Positions 26,754 through 35,995 of a DNA stretch of 64,000 nucleotides are shown here, in pieces. The translations under genes were made by a program, and so were the position numbers. The DNA comes from a virus, in the IMG/VR virus record IMGVR_UViG_3300042520_001767, positions 32,001 through 96,000 of that record. One strand, written 5' to 3'. A model generated the notes under the pieces. That model made no database searches, was not told the origin of the DNA, and was given only the letters and a program-made list of their open reading frames with translations. Every line of letters starts with the position of its first letter. Within the stretch, counting starts at the first letter, position 1.

Positions 26754-28094
26754 TCAGTATTGACCCCCATCTAACGTATCAAATTCCGTAAGCACTCTAA
26801 CACCATTTGGTCTATTAATATCAGTACTTCTAAGTATTATATCATTTAATTGAGTCACCAAACCTCTATTAGAATACCCAGTAGATGCGGTATATTCTAA
26901 AATATTTGGAATTTGAGTAGAAGTTAAACCAGTAAATGTATTCAACGCTCTAATATCCAAATTAACATTACCACCATTCAACCCATTACCATCTTGAAAT
27001 GTAAAACCAGCACCTATAGATGTAGCTGTTGTGTTCCCAGTCGGATTATAGTTAACGGTAATATTTGGGTCTTCTACATACAATTGAGATGTGAATGCAG
27101 AAATTGCGTTTCCTAATACAACTAAATCACCTTGTATTATAGCATCCCCAGAAACATTTAAACCACCCGTACCAACACTAACAGAACCATCAGAAGGAAC
27201 TGAAAAAGTATTTGTTGTTGTGTTATATGTAAACCCAGCTTCATCAGTTAAAAATCCACCAACACCAACATAAGGAATTCTACCAGCAGTTAAATTAGAG
27301 AAGGTTAAACCAGATACAGAATTAAACGATTGATTTAATGTGTCACCACTATTATTTCTAAGTGTAAATGTGTTATTTGCTGGGTTATAGGTAAATCCAG
27401 TTGTAAATACATCAGTAAAAGGTAAATTATAAGTACCATTTGGTATTACTGAATTATACATCAATCCAATAATACCATTTATATTATTATTTGAAGGAGG
27501 TGTTGTAATTGTACCACCAGTAACATAAGAATCACTTACACTAATTCCACTTAAATCAATAATGTAGTCACCACTAGGACCACTATTCTTTTTAAATGTT
27601 ATTTGTTTTGTTGTATTATTGTAAGTACCACCAGTAGTAAAAGTATCTAGAGTTGTTATAAAAAACGGACCATTAGGTGGTGTTATGTTATATAATAACT
27701 GAGCATTTTGTGTATTCGTGTTATTATTAGATGATGTTATTGTATTACCAGTAACATAAGTATCAACACCAGTAATACTAGAAATATTAGCTAACACAAA
27801 ACCGTTTGTTGTACCAGATAGGAATTTACCAGCTAAGTTAGAAACACCACTATATGATGTAATTTGGTTTCTAATTTTTAAGTTATAAAGGTTAGAACCA
27901 ACCTCAAAGAAATTTGCGTTTCCGTTTGGTCCAGCTGGTACCCAATCGTTTGTTCCACTAGTAACCCCAGAGAACATCATTATCCCAGATGCCGTATTAA
28001 CTATCGGTTCACCAACCAACAAAGTAGCACCCGAAAAAGGTGCGGCTGAATTTTGATTATTTTTTAAAATAAACCTAGTACTTCTATTTGCCAT
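26754..28094 (-). CDS. Tail fibre-like protein
   Basis: N-terminal anchor similar to 24957..26432 (MANRxxxFxLK...GEPIVNT); Thr/Gly/Asn-rich; ends LDGGQY with TGA TAG. Confidence 0.6.
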   Translation of the reverse strand: MANRSTRFILKNNQNSAAPFSGATLLVGEPIVNTASGIMMFSGVTSGTNDWVPAGPNGNANFFEVGSNLYNLKIRNQITSYSGVSNLAGKFLSGTTNGFVLANISSITGVDTYVTGNTITSSNNNTNTQNAQLLYNITPPNGPFFITTLDTFTTGGTYNNTTKQITFKKNSGPSGDYIIDLSGISVSDSYVTGGTITTPPSNNNINGIIGLMYNSVIPNGTYNLPFTDVFTTGFTYNPANNTFTLRNNSGDTLNQSFNSVSGLTFSNLTAGRIPYVGVGGFLTDEAGFTYNTTTNTFSVPSDGSVSVGTGGLNVSGDAIIQGDLVVLGNAISAFTSQLYVEDPNITVNYNPTGNTTATSIGAGFTFQDGNGLNGGNVNLDIRALNTFTGLTSTQIPNILEYTASTGYSNRGLVTQLNDIILRSTDINRPNGVRVLTEFDTLDGGQY

Positions 28095-28121
28095 TTTTTT
28101 TTATTTTTTTTGTATTATTTT

Positions 28122-28523
28122 TTAAAAACTACCCCCATGTAATATATCGTTAGTAACAATAGAATTGTTTGCTGTTATTTCCCTATATTCTCCTAGTGAA
28201 TCTAAACCTAAATTTAAATTAGGTGTATTTATTTTTATCGAAGATGTCCAAATAGTTGAAGAACCGCTAACAGTATTTATATCTCTAAATCTCTTTAAAT
28301 TAGTACCAATATCTATTTCTTCATCGTTTTCTGGTGTAATACTAGTATTAAAAATAGTTTCACCATTAGATAAATGAATCTGTGAATCACCACTACAACT
28401 AATTAGGTTATTACTAATTACAGCAGTACACGCACTTATAACTTCGTTACTAATTAATAACGGCTCAATTATAAATGTTTCGTTTATATCCGAATGATAT
28501 AGTGGTTTAAAATTATTATCCAT
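28122..28523 (-). CDS. Small tail fibre-related protein
   Basis: ITPENDEEIDIGTNLKRFRDIN fibre-type motif; ends LHGGSF. Confidence 0.5.
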   Translation of the reverse strand: MDNNFKPLYHSDINETFIIEPLLISNEVISACTAVISNNLISCSGDSQIHLSNGETIFNTSITPENDEEIDIGTNLKRFRDINTVSGSSTIWTSSIKINTPNLNLGLDSLGEYREITANNSIVTNDILHGGSF

Positions 28524-28528
28524 ATTAT

Positions 28529-29587
28529 TTAAGTTGTGCTACCCATAATTTTAAATCCACCTAATGTTAGTGAATTTTTATATACTCTTATTGAAACGTT
28601 ATCATTAGAATTTACTATTATTGGTGAACCCATCACCAAACCATCAAATTGACCAACACCATTAACTAATATTACAATTCTGGTAATATTATCTATATCA
28701 GATATTTGAGTGAAATTAACACTATACGGACAAATAAAAGAAAAATTAGTATTAGATTGTGGTTTAAATATAAAACTATATGTAACTGTATTCCCTACTT
28801 TTAACGGTTCTACCATAATATTCTTATAATTTCTATTTTCTTGTACTTCAATTGTTGTTATACCTCTATTTGTTGTTGGTATTACCTCAAAATCATCTTC
28901 ATCCAAAATATAACCCAATAATTTCATTTCAAATAATTGAACATAAAATCTTCTATTTTCAAAATCATCAATATTACTCTCATCACCAATAGATTCTAAA
29001 TGAAGTGGCATTGGATGACCATTTACACTGATATAACATTGTCTAGATTGAAAAGCTCTTTGTATTAATCTATTAAATTTATTCAAATCTTTCATCCTAT
29101 TTGTAAACATTCTAACCTCATACGACATATCAACTGAAGTTGGTTGTGGTATTTTATATAAATCAATTCCACGTCTAACACCATCCCAAGTCGGTACTTT
29201 CATATAAGTATAAGTTCTATTTACTGGTATATTCCATAACCCAGCTTGGTTCTGACCTTGTTGAATATCTGGTTTTCTAACAACAGTAATAAAAGGTAAT
29301 TCTATATTCTTAAATTTATCTGAAAATTGCCAAGTCTTACTAAATTCTGTCCATCTTTGTATTGTTAAAAATATAATAGGGACTTTCTCCCCATCAACAG
29401 ATAAAGACATTCTTTCGTCAGATTTTAAAAATTCTAAAAAATTTTGGTCCATATCCTCCTCCAATACACCTTTTGGTAAAAATGTACCTCTATCAGAAAT
29501 GTCATCTAATATTTCTTGTCTTCTCTCAAAACCAACTTTCTGTTGATTTATATTAATATTGGTTATATACCCTTTAGGTATTGCCAT
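28529..29587 (-). CDS. Tail terminator / sheath stabiliser (T4 gp15-like)
   Basis: LPFITVVR and PQPTSVDMSYEVRMFT resemble the gp15 family; adjacent to the gp14-like gene. Confidence 0.55.
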   Translation of the reverse strand: MAIPKGYITNININQQKVGFERRQEILDDISDRGTFLPKGVLEEDMDQNFLEFLKSDERMSLSVDGEKVPIIFLTIQRWTEFSKTWQFSDKFKNIELPFITVVRKPDIQQGQNQAGLWNIPVNRTYTYMKVPTWDGVRRGIDLYKIPQPTSVDMSYEVRMFTNRMKDLNKFNRLIQRAFQSRQCYISVNGHPMPLHLESIGDESNIDDFENRRFYVQLFEMKLLGYILDEDDFEVIPTTNRGITTIEVQENRNYKNIMVEPLKVGNTVTYSFIFKPQSNTNFSFICPYSVNFTQISDIDNITRIVILVNGVGQFDGLVMGSPIIVNSNDNVSIRVYKNSLTLGGFKIMGSTT

Positions 29588-29607
29588 AATTTATAATTTT
29601 TTAATTT

Positions 29608-30132
29608 TTATACACCCCTAAATTCATTAGCATCAATAGCTGCACATTTTATTGTTCTAAATGCACCTTTATACCCCATTATTGTGTGTTTATTATCATA
29701 ATTCTTAACTCCATCATTAACAACACTAAAATACCTAATTTCCGTTTCAGTAACTGGATAACCTACGTAGTCACCATAACTAATTTGAACATCTAACTCA
29801 CTTAATTGTGAATCATAAATACCAAATGTAAAATTACCATCCTGTAAATATCTTAAAGAACCATTTCCATTATATGTTTTGTTTTCAGCCTCTTCTAAAA
29901 TAGGTACTACTTTTAATTCAACTGGTGAAAAATAACGTATACCATCTTTTGGTGCCTCACCATACAAATTATCCGATGAAGAATTTTCCCTATCAACACG
30001 GTATAAAATAACCGTAAAATTTTGACCCTCAATAGCTTCACGGCCCATACTTATTTCTAGATTAAAATCTTCTTCAGAGAAAAAGCGATTTATACGTGTT
30101 ATAGGATTAATCTTATTATTTTTACTATCCAT
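29608..30132 (-). CDS. Neck / head-closure protein (T4 gp14-like)
   Basis: VILYRVDR...DNLYGEA...ISYGDYVGY...YFSV pattern; 174 aa. Confidence 0.55.
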   Translation of the reverse strand: MDSKNNKINPITRINRFFSEEDFNLEISMGREAIEGQNFTVILYRVDRENSSSDNLYGEAPKDGIRYFSPVELKVVPILEEAENKTYNGNGSLRYLQDGNFTFGIYDSQLSELDVQISYGDYVGYPVTETEIRYFSVVNDGVKNYDNKHTIMGYKGAFRTIKCAAIDANEFRGV

Positions 30133-30134
30133 AT

Positions 30135-30281
30135 TTATTTATTTATTTTATTTTTTATTGTTTTATTAATATATTGATAACTACAACCATAAATATCAGC
30201 AATATCAACTTGTGATAAACCATTTTTTAAATATTCTTTAATATCTTCTAAATTAATATTATATTTATTTGATGGTTCTTT
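30135..30281 (-). pseudogene. Orphan helix-turn-helix C-terminal remnant (probably endonuclease-derived)
   Basis: KEPSNKYNINLEDIKEYLKNGLSQVDIADIYGCSYQYINKTIKNKINK*; 48 codons preceded by TAA, no start codon. Confidence 0.65.
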
Positions 30282-30323
30282 TTAATATAAATATTTACAT
30301 TTTTATTATTAACACAATAACTA

Positions 30324-30354
30324 TTGATTTTTATTAATTTTTTTAATATATTTG
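30324..30354 (+). promoter_or_regulatory. Bacteroidota-type housekeeping promoter for the helicase
   Basis: TTG-N20-TATATTTG, 37 nt before the TTG start. Confidence 0.7.
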
Positions 30355-30390
30355 ATAAAATAATTAAGTTATAAAAAATAAATAAATAAA

Positions 30391-33345
30391 TTGATTTCAC
30401 TTGATGACATACGAGGCCGCTCAGCTTTATCCTTTCTAGAAAAATATGAAGGTATAAACCCATATCTTAGAAAATTAAAGGGTGAATATTTAAAAAATAA
30501 AAAATTAGCTCTTACTGAAAACCAATCAAAATATATTATAGATAATCACGAAAGAGAACCACAATATATAAATAGAGTAATTAGTATAACACCTTATTTA
30601 GGTGAAGAACTAAAAAAAATTGATAATCTACCATTCACACCAGAAAAAATACTAATTGAATTTATTTTGGCTGAAACAGATAAGAGTTACCACGTTTATG
30701 GCAAACTTAAACAAAATCAAAAAGAATCCAAAATGTATTGGATTCCTAAAACACAAGTTAATGACGACCCTTATTTTGAAAAAATAGATGTAGATGTCGA
30801 TTTTACAAAATATAATGAAATACTTAGTAAATACGGTAAAACACTCTACAAACACCAAGAAGATGGTATCAAGTTTTTATTATCTAGAAATGGGTGTATC
30901 TTAGCTGACGACATGGGACTTGGGAAATCCTTGATTATCAGCACTTTAGCTATAACACCTACTGGAACTAAGAGATTTGGTGATTTAAAAGTTGGTGATA
31001 GAATAATTGGTTCTAATGGTAAACCGTGTAATATTATAGGTGTTTATCCGCAAGGTGAAAAAGACTTATATAAAGTAACATTTAATGATGGGTATAGTAT
31101 TTTATGTTGTAAGGAACATTTATGGACAGTATCTTCATGTAATTCTGGTGAAAATTCTAAAAATAGAGAAAATAGATATATAACACTTAGTACTGAACAA
31201 ATGTTAGATGAAAACCTAATATTAGAACAAATTGGTACTGGTTGGAATGAAAAACGACCATATAAGTTTAAAACATATTATAAACAAAAAAATGGTGATT
31301 CTAAATGGCAAATTCCAATTGTTAAACCAATTGAATTTGAAAATAACGATGTTTTACCGATTGAACCTTACTTATTAGGTGTTGCGTTGGGTGATGGTCA
31401 TTTTGATAGTAAAAACAATATTAAAATAGGTATACATAAAGAAGATTTTAATGAGATATTTGAAACCTATGATTTTATTGAACGAAAGCCTACTGGAAAT
31501 ATCAGGATAGCTTATTTCAAAATACTAAACCATATAAATAATTTAGGTTTATCTGATACACATTCAGATACTAAATTCATTCCAGAAATTTATAAATATT
31601 CTAGTATCGAAAATAGACTTGCGATATTACAAGGTCTTATGGATACTGATGGTCATTGTATGAAATCAAAAAACGGTGAATTCAATGGTACTGAGTATTG
31701 TACCGTATCTGAAAGATTAGCTGATGATGTTGCGGATATTGTACATTCTTTGGGTGGTATTGTCAGAAAGAAAAGTAAAATTGGTTCATATAAAAAAGAA
31801 GATGGAACAAAAGTTATATGTAAACGTGCCTATAGATTAAATATTAAAATGCCAGAACAATTCAATCCATTCAGATTAAAAAGAAAGGCTAACGATTATA
31901 ATCCTCCTACAAAATATAAAATTGGTAGATATATTAAAAATATCGAACCTTGTGGTAAAGGTGAATCGGTTTGTATTGCTGTAGATGCACCAGATAAATT
32001 ATATGTTGTTGAGAATGCGATTGTAACGCATAATACAACTCAATCAATTATTGGTGCTATTGAGAGTGGTGCTGAAAGAATTCTTATTGTTACAACTTCA
32101 TCAACAAAGATTAACTGGGAACGTGAAATAAAAGTTTTTTGTGATGAAACAACAATTATCGATGGAAAGAAATGGGATGTAAGTAAATTTACTATTATAA
32201 ATTTTGATATTTTAAAGAATTTTCATACACTACCACCTACTAGAAAATTAAAAGAAGGTGAAGAAGAACCAAATCAAATTAGAGATTTAGTCAACGCTAA
32301 ATTTGATTTATGTATTGTGGATGAGGCACATAATTTAAAAAACAATGAGAGTATTAGAGGTAAAATAATGGTTGATGTTTGTGTTAAACACAATATACCA
32401 AAAGTGTGGTTACTTACTGGTACACCAGTAGCAAATAGACCTATGGATTTCTTTAATCTTTTAAAGTTAATTAAGTCACCTATAGCTAATAATTGGAAAC
32501 ACTACGCTGTTAGATACTGTGATGGTAAACAGTTCTTTAGAACGCTTAAAAATGGTCAAAGAAAGCAAGTATGGATAACTGATGGTGCGTCAAATTTAGA
32601 AGAATTATCAAATAAAACAAAAAATTTATTATTAAGGCGTTTAAAAACGGAAGCTATCGACATGCCAGATAAAATAGTAACCCCTATGTACCATCAATTA
32701 GATTCTAAGGGGTGGAAGATGTACCATCAATTATGGGATGAATATGTTGAAATGAAAAAGAAATTAGGTAAAAGGACTAATGAGTCACAAAAAGATTTGG
32801 TTGAATTAATTTTATTGAGACAATTTATTGCAATTCAAGCAATCCCATACACTATTGAAATGGTTGAAAATGCTTTAGAAATGGGTAGAAAGGTAATTAT
32901 TTTTACTTCATTTTCAGAAGAACAAGATATAATTGCGAATCATTTTGGTAAATTGGCTGTAAGACATAATGGTTCGTTATCAAATGCTAAAAAACAACAT
33001 TCAGTTGACCAGTTCCAGAATAACGATAAAATAAAAGTATTTATTGGTAATATAAAGAGTGCTGGTGTTGGAATTACACTTACACAAGCTACTGTTGTAA
33101 TATTTAATTCATTTGATTGGGTAACTGGTAATAATGAACAAGCTGAAGATAGGTCGTTCAGAATTGGGCAAAAGAACGATGTAAACGTTTATTATCAATT
33201 ATTTGAAGACACGATTTCAGTTAGGATGTGGGAAACTTTAAAACAAAAAAAACAAGTAATTAACACAATATTAGGTGTTGATAATACATCAAAAGAAGAT
33301 GAAACTGATTTATTAATTCAAAAAATGTTAGATGGTGAATTATAA
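30391..33345 (+). CDS. SNF2/SWI2-family helicase with intein
   Basis: ILADDMGLGK|T Walker A, IVDEAH, LLTGTP, FIGNIKSAGVGITL, QAEDRSFRIGQ; TTG start. Confidence 0.92.
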   Translation: MISLDDIRGRSALSFLEKYEGINPYLRKLKGEYLKNKKLALTENQSKYIIDNHEREPQYINRVISITPYLGEELKKIDNLPFTPEKILIEFILAETDKSYHVYGKLKQNQKESKMYWIPKTQVNDDPYFEKIDVDVDFTKYNEILSKYGKTLYKHQEDGIKFLLSRNGCILADDMGLGKSLIISTLAITPTGTKRFGDLKVGDRIIGSNGKPCNIIGVYPQGEKDLYKVTFNDGYSILCCKEHLWTVSSCNSGENSKNRENRYITLSTEQMLDENLILEQIGTGWNEKRPYKFKTYYKQKNGDSKWQIPIVKPIEFENNDVLPIEPYLLGVALGDGHFDSKNNIKIGIHKEDFNEIFETYDFIERKPTGNIRIAYFKILNHINNLGLSDTHSDTKFIPEIYKYSSIENRLAILQGLMDTDGHCMKSKNGEFNGTEYCTVSERLADDVADIVHSLGGIVRKKSKIGSYKKEDGTKVICKRAYRLNIKMPEQFNPFRLKRKANDYNPPTKYKIGRYIKNIEPCGKGESVCIAVDAPDKLYVVENAIVTHNTTQSIIGAIESGAERILIVTTSSTKINWEREIKVFCDETTIIDGKKWDVSKFTIINFDILKNFHTLPPTRKLKEGEEEPNQIRDLVNAKFDLCIVDEAHNLKNNESIRGKIMVDVCVKHNIPKVWLLTGTPVANRPMDFFNLLKLIKSPIANNWKHYAVRYCDGKQFFRTLKNGQRKQVWITDGASNLEELSNKTKNLLLRRLKTEAIDMPDKIVTPMYHQLDSKGWKMYHQLWDEYVEMKKKLGKRTNESQKDLVELILLRQFIAIQAIPYTIEMVENALEMGRKVIIFTSFSEEQDIIANHFGKLAVRHNGSLSNAKKQHSVDQFQNNDKIKVFIGNIKSAGVGITLTQATVVIFNSFDWVTGNNEQAEDRSFRIGQKNDVNVYYQLFEDTISVRMWETLKQKKQVINTILGVDNTSKEDETDLLIQKMLDGEL
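30928..32034 (+). mobile_element. 369-aa intein with LAGLIDADG endonuclease in the helicase Walker A
   Basis: GK|SLIIST...IVTHN|TTQ: Ser1, His-Asn end, Thr+1; YLLGVALGDG and LQGLMDTDG motifs. Confidence 0.92.
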
Positions 33346-33849
33346 CTTTTTACGTTTAATTTTATTTCTATTTAGATTACCTTCATAATAAACATCATTA
33401 ATCACCCTAGTAGTACTCCACATAGGTCTTAAATTTTCCAATGCGTTGACAACACTAGGGTGCTCAGTTGTGTCAAAACTACTTACTGGTTTAATGTGGT
33501 CAACATGCCACTCACCATGATTATCCCATGACATACCTTCTGTGAATAACAGCTCAATATGTTTTTTAAATTCTAAGGCAGAGTACCCAAGAAGGTCTAT
33601 TGTGTAACCTTCTTTTTTAGTGTTTAATCGCCATAGTGACATTTTAAGAACGCTTCTCCACAAACCAACATGTTTATTTTTTAATCTATATTCTCGTCTT
33701 TTATCTTGGTTTTTTTGATTGTATTCTTTTTTATAATTATTTTTACATTCTTTACATTGACAATAATAACCATCTTTACCTAATTTATTAACGTGAAATT
33801 CAGTAATTGATTTCTCAATATTACATTTAGTACATATTTTACTTTGCAT
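33340..33849 (-). CDS. HNH homing endonuclease with N-terminal Zn-finger
   Basis: CTKC...CKEC; MSWDNHGEWHVDHIKP...NLRPMW...N. Likely start ATG 33849, overlapping the RHH gene stop. Confidence 0.8.
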   Translation of the reverse strand: MQSKICTKCNIEKSITEFHVNKLGKDGYYCQCKECKNNYKKEYNQKNQDKRREYRLKNKHVGLWRSVLKMSLWRLNTKKEGYTIDLLGYSALEFKKHIELLFTEGMSWDNHGEWHVDHIKPVSSFDTTEHPSVVNALENLRPMWSTTRVINDVYYEGNLNRNKIKRKKL

Positions 33850-34246
33850 TTGGAATAACTTTAAAATCAATGTTATATGGTGTTGAATCTTCTAAGTAAA
33901 ATTGAACATAACCATAAGTCATATTATTTTCTTTATTAAATAATATATCTGACACAATGGTTTCAAAACCTAAATTCTCTTTTAATGCATCTTCTAAAAC
34001 TTTTTTAAGTGTGTCAGTAAATTCGAATAATCCATTGGTTAAAATTTTATTTAAAACCATTTTAGTTAATAATATTCTAATTGATTTTTCTTGTGCTAAA
34101 TAAACACCATCTTCGATACAATTAATATCATCATTTATAAAATTAACTATTTTATCACTCATTGATAAAGACTCAATTTTGCATTTATTTTTAAACTTAT
34201 GTTTAAGTTCAGAATTTATTCTAATTTTTATTTCCGTTTCTTTCAT
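33839..34246 (-). CDS. Protein with N-terminal ribbon-helix-helix-like domain
   Basis: MKETEIKIRINSELKHKFKNKCKIESLSMSDKIVNFI is Arc/MetJ-like; imperfect palindrome TGTGGTAACATTGTACCCACA at 34274-34294 lies upstream. Confidence 0.55.
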   Translation of the reverse strand: MKETEIKIRINSELKHKFKNKCKIESLSMSDKIVNFINDDINCIEDGVYLAQEKSIRILLTKMVLNKILTNGLFEFTDTLKKVLEDALKENLGFETIVSDILFNKENNMTYGYVQFYLEDSTPYNIDFKVIPNAK

Positions 34247-34362
34247 TTTAATTAATTTAATTAAATTATTATTTGTGGTAACATTGTACCCACATTAATA
34301 AATATATTAATATTTTTAAAAATTAATATATTTACTTTCTTTTTAAAAATATTTATCATTGT

Positions 34363-34569
34363 AATAACGAACAATCAGAAGATAGGTCGTTCAGAATTGG
34401 GCAAAAGAACGATGTAAACGTATATTATCAATTATTTGAAGATACAATATCAACAAGAATGTGGGAAATGCTTAGAAATAAAAAAGATATTATCTCAACC
34501 ATTATGGGTGAGAAAAAATTAACAGATGATGAAATAACTGATTTACTATCAGAACAATTAATAGAATAA
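34363..34569 (+). pseudogene. Orphan helicase C-terminus (68 codons)
   Basis: NNEQSEDRSFRIGQKNDVNVYYQLFEDTISTRMWEMLRNKKDIISTIMGEKK...LIE*; frame intact, no start; ends 3 nt before glutaredoxin. Confidence 0.9.
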
Positions 34570-34572
34570 AAT

Positions 34573-34848
34573 ATGGTAACAATTTATGGATTTAAAGACT
34601 GTCCTTACTGTACTGAATTAAAGGACATATTAACAGCCGAAGGTATCGAGTTCAAAGACGTTGACGTTAACCTTCCAGAGAACGAAGAAGAGTTCAACAA
34701 GATTATGGAAATATCAAAAGCGGAAGAAGTTCCAATTGTAAAAGTGGGTAAACAATTACTAGTCCCAAATGTTTCATTTAAATCGATTCAAGAAGCTTAC
34801 TACTTAACTATCAAATTATTAAGCGACTCAAACACATCTTCAAAATAA
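34573..34848 (+). CDS. Glutaredoxin (NrdH/Grx-like)
   Basis: CPYC active site and VPIVKVG; the last 49 nt overlap the antisense endonuclease gene. Confidence 0.88.
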   Translation: MVTIYGFKDCPYCTELKDILTAEGIEFKDVDVNLPENEEEFNKIMEISKAEEVPIVKVGKQLLVPNVSFKSIQEAYYLTIKLLSDSNTSSK

Positions 34849-35882
34849 GGTATTCGTTTAAGATTTATTTTATTAACTAAACAAAATTTGTTTTTAATTG
34901 AGTCATTTTGTTTAGTTAATAAAAACGATTTTTCACCACCAAATCTATTTACTGGTTTATAATGCTGTATACCATCAAATTCAATACATGTGTTATAGTC
35001 TGGCAAATAAAAATCAAATTGTAAAACTTGTATATTCTTACAATTTGGAAATGTGTGTTGTTGCTTGAATTTAACACCATTTTTAATTAAATATTCTCTA
35101 ATTTTCTTCTCCCCTTTTGATTCTTTACAAATAGGGCAACCATTACCTCTTAGATGCATATTAGGTGTTTGTGTAAAAACACCATGTTTCTCACAAACGA
35201 TTTCTATTTTACTTTTTGAATCTTTATAAACTGTTTTCGAATAATCGTATTTATCACCATGTTCCATTTTAGCGTCTTTAACAAAAGTATCTGTTGTTTT
35301 ATTTAAACCAATACATTTTGGACAACCTTGCCCATATAAATGAGCATAAGATAGTTGTTCAAAAACACCATGTTCTGGACATATTATTTTAATTTTAGTT
35401 TTAGCGTTAACGTATTCAACTAATGAATAATCGTATTTTTTTTCATGAATAAATTCAGCTTTATTTATTAAATCATTATTTGTTTTATGTAAACCATGAC
35501 ACTTACCACATTCTTGACCTTGTAAATGGTTATCTGGTATTTGTTCAAAAACACCATGTTCTGGACATATTATTTTAATTTTAGTTTTAGCGTTAACGTA
35601 TTCAACTAATGAATAATCGTATTTTTTTTCATGAATAAATTCAGCTTTTTCAATAAATTGTTCATTACTTTTTCTAGTTTTAATAGAAACGGTAAGATAT
35701 CTGCACTTAGGACAACCTTGTTTTCTAGTAACATGATGATGCGGTGTTTGCTCAAATTCACCATGAATTGGGCACATTATTTTAACTTTATTTTTAATTC
35801 CATTATAAGCGATTTTAGAATAATCATATTTATCGTTGTGTATAATTCTTGCTTTGCTTATAAATTTAATTTCTTTTTCCAT
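34800..35882 (-). CDS. Free-standing endonuclease with repeated YDYS...CxxHG modules (DUF723-like) and PD-(D/E)xK domain
   Basis: Four KYDYS...KIxIxCxxHGxFxQ modules; LQFDFYLP...CIEFDGIQHY. Confidence 0.75.
   Translation of the reverse strand: MEKEIKFISKARIIHNDKYDYSKIAYNGIKNKVKIMCPIHGEFEQTPHHHVTRKQGCPKCRYLTVSIKTRKSNEQFIEKAEFIHEKKYDYSLVEYVNAKTKIKIICPEHGVFEQIPDNHLQGQECGKCHGLHKTNNDLINKAEFIHEKKYDYSLVEYVNAKTKIKIICPEHGVFEQLSYAHLYGQGCPKCIGLNKTTDTFVKDAKMEHGDKYDYSKTVYKDSKSKIEIVCEKHGVFTQTPNMHLRGNGCPICKESKGEKKIREYLIKNGVKFKQQHTFPNCKNIQVLQFDFYLPDYNTCIEFDGIQHYKPVNRFGGEKSFLLTKQNDSIKNKFCLVNKINLKRIPYFEDVFESLNNLIVK
35355..35648. repeat. 108-bp perfect direct repeat inside the endonuclease gene
   Basis: 35355-35462 equals 35541-35648; offset 186 nt (62 codons). 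Confidence 0.9.
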
Positions 35883-35995
35883 GTTAATAAATATCTACAA
35901 TATTGTTAAAAGATATATTTAGTACTTATTCATAAATAACAAAGAAATTTTTGGGTTAATTCTATTTTTTCTTATATTTATAAGAAAAGAAAAAT

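Larger units (their letters stand above)
33145..34442. mobile_element. ~1.2-kb RHH + HNH cassette bounded by 65-nt direct repeats in helicase motif VI
   Basis: 33145-33209 and 34378-34442 match at 64/65 nt (44 nt exact); weaker similarity extends to 33128/34361. Confidence 0.8.

Noticed and set aside
33210-34377. Group I/II intron explanation for the helicase cassette
   Set aside because: The insert is almost entirely protein-coding, leaving only ~115 nt non-coding, too little for a ribozyme core; the helicase is complete without splicing.
33145-34569. Misassembly as the cause of the duplicated gene ends
   Set aside because: The copies diverge heavily beyond the short junction while keeping their reading frames, which collapsed or duplicated assembly would not produce. 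Long-read confirmation is still desirable.
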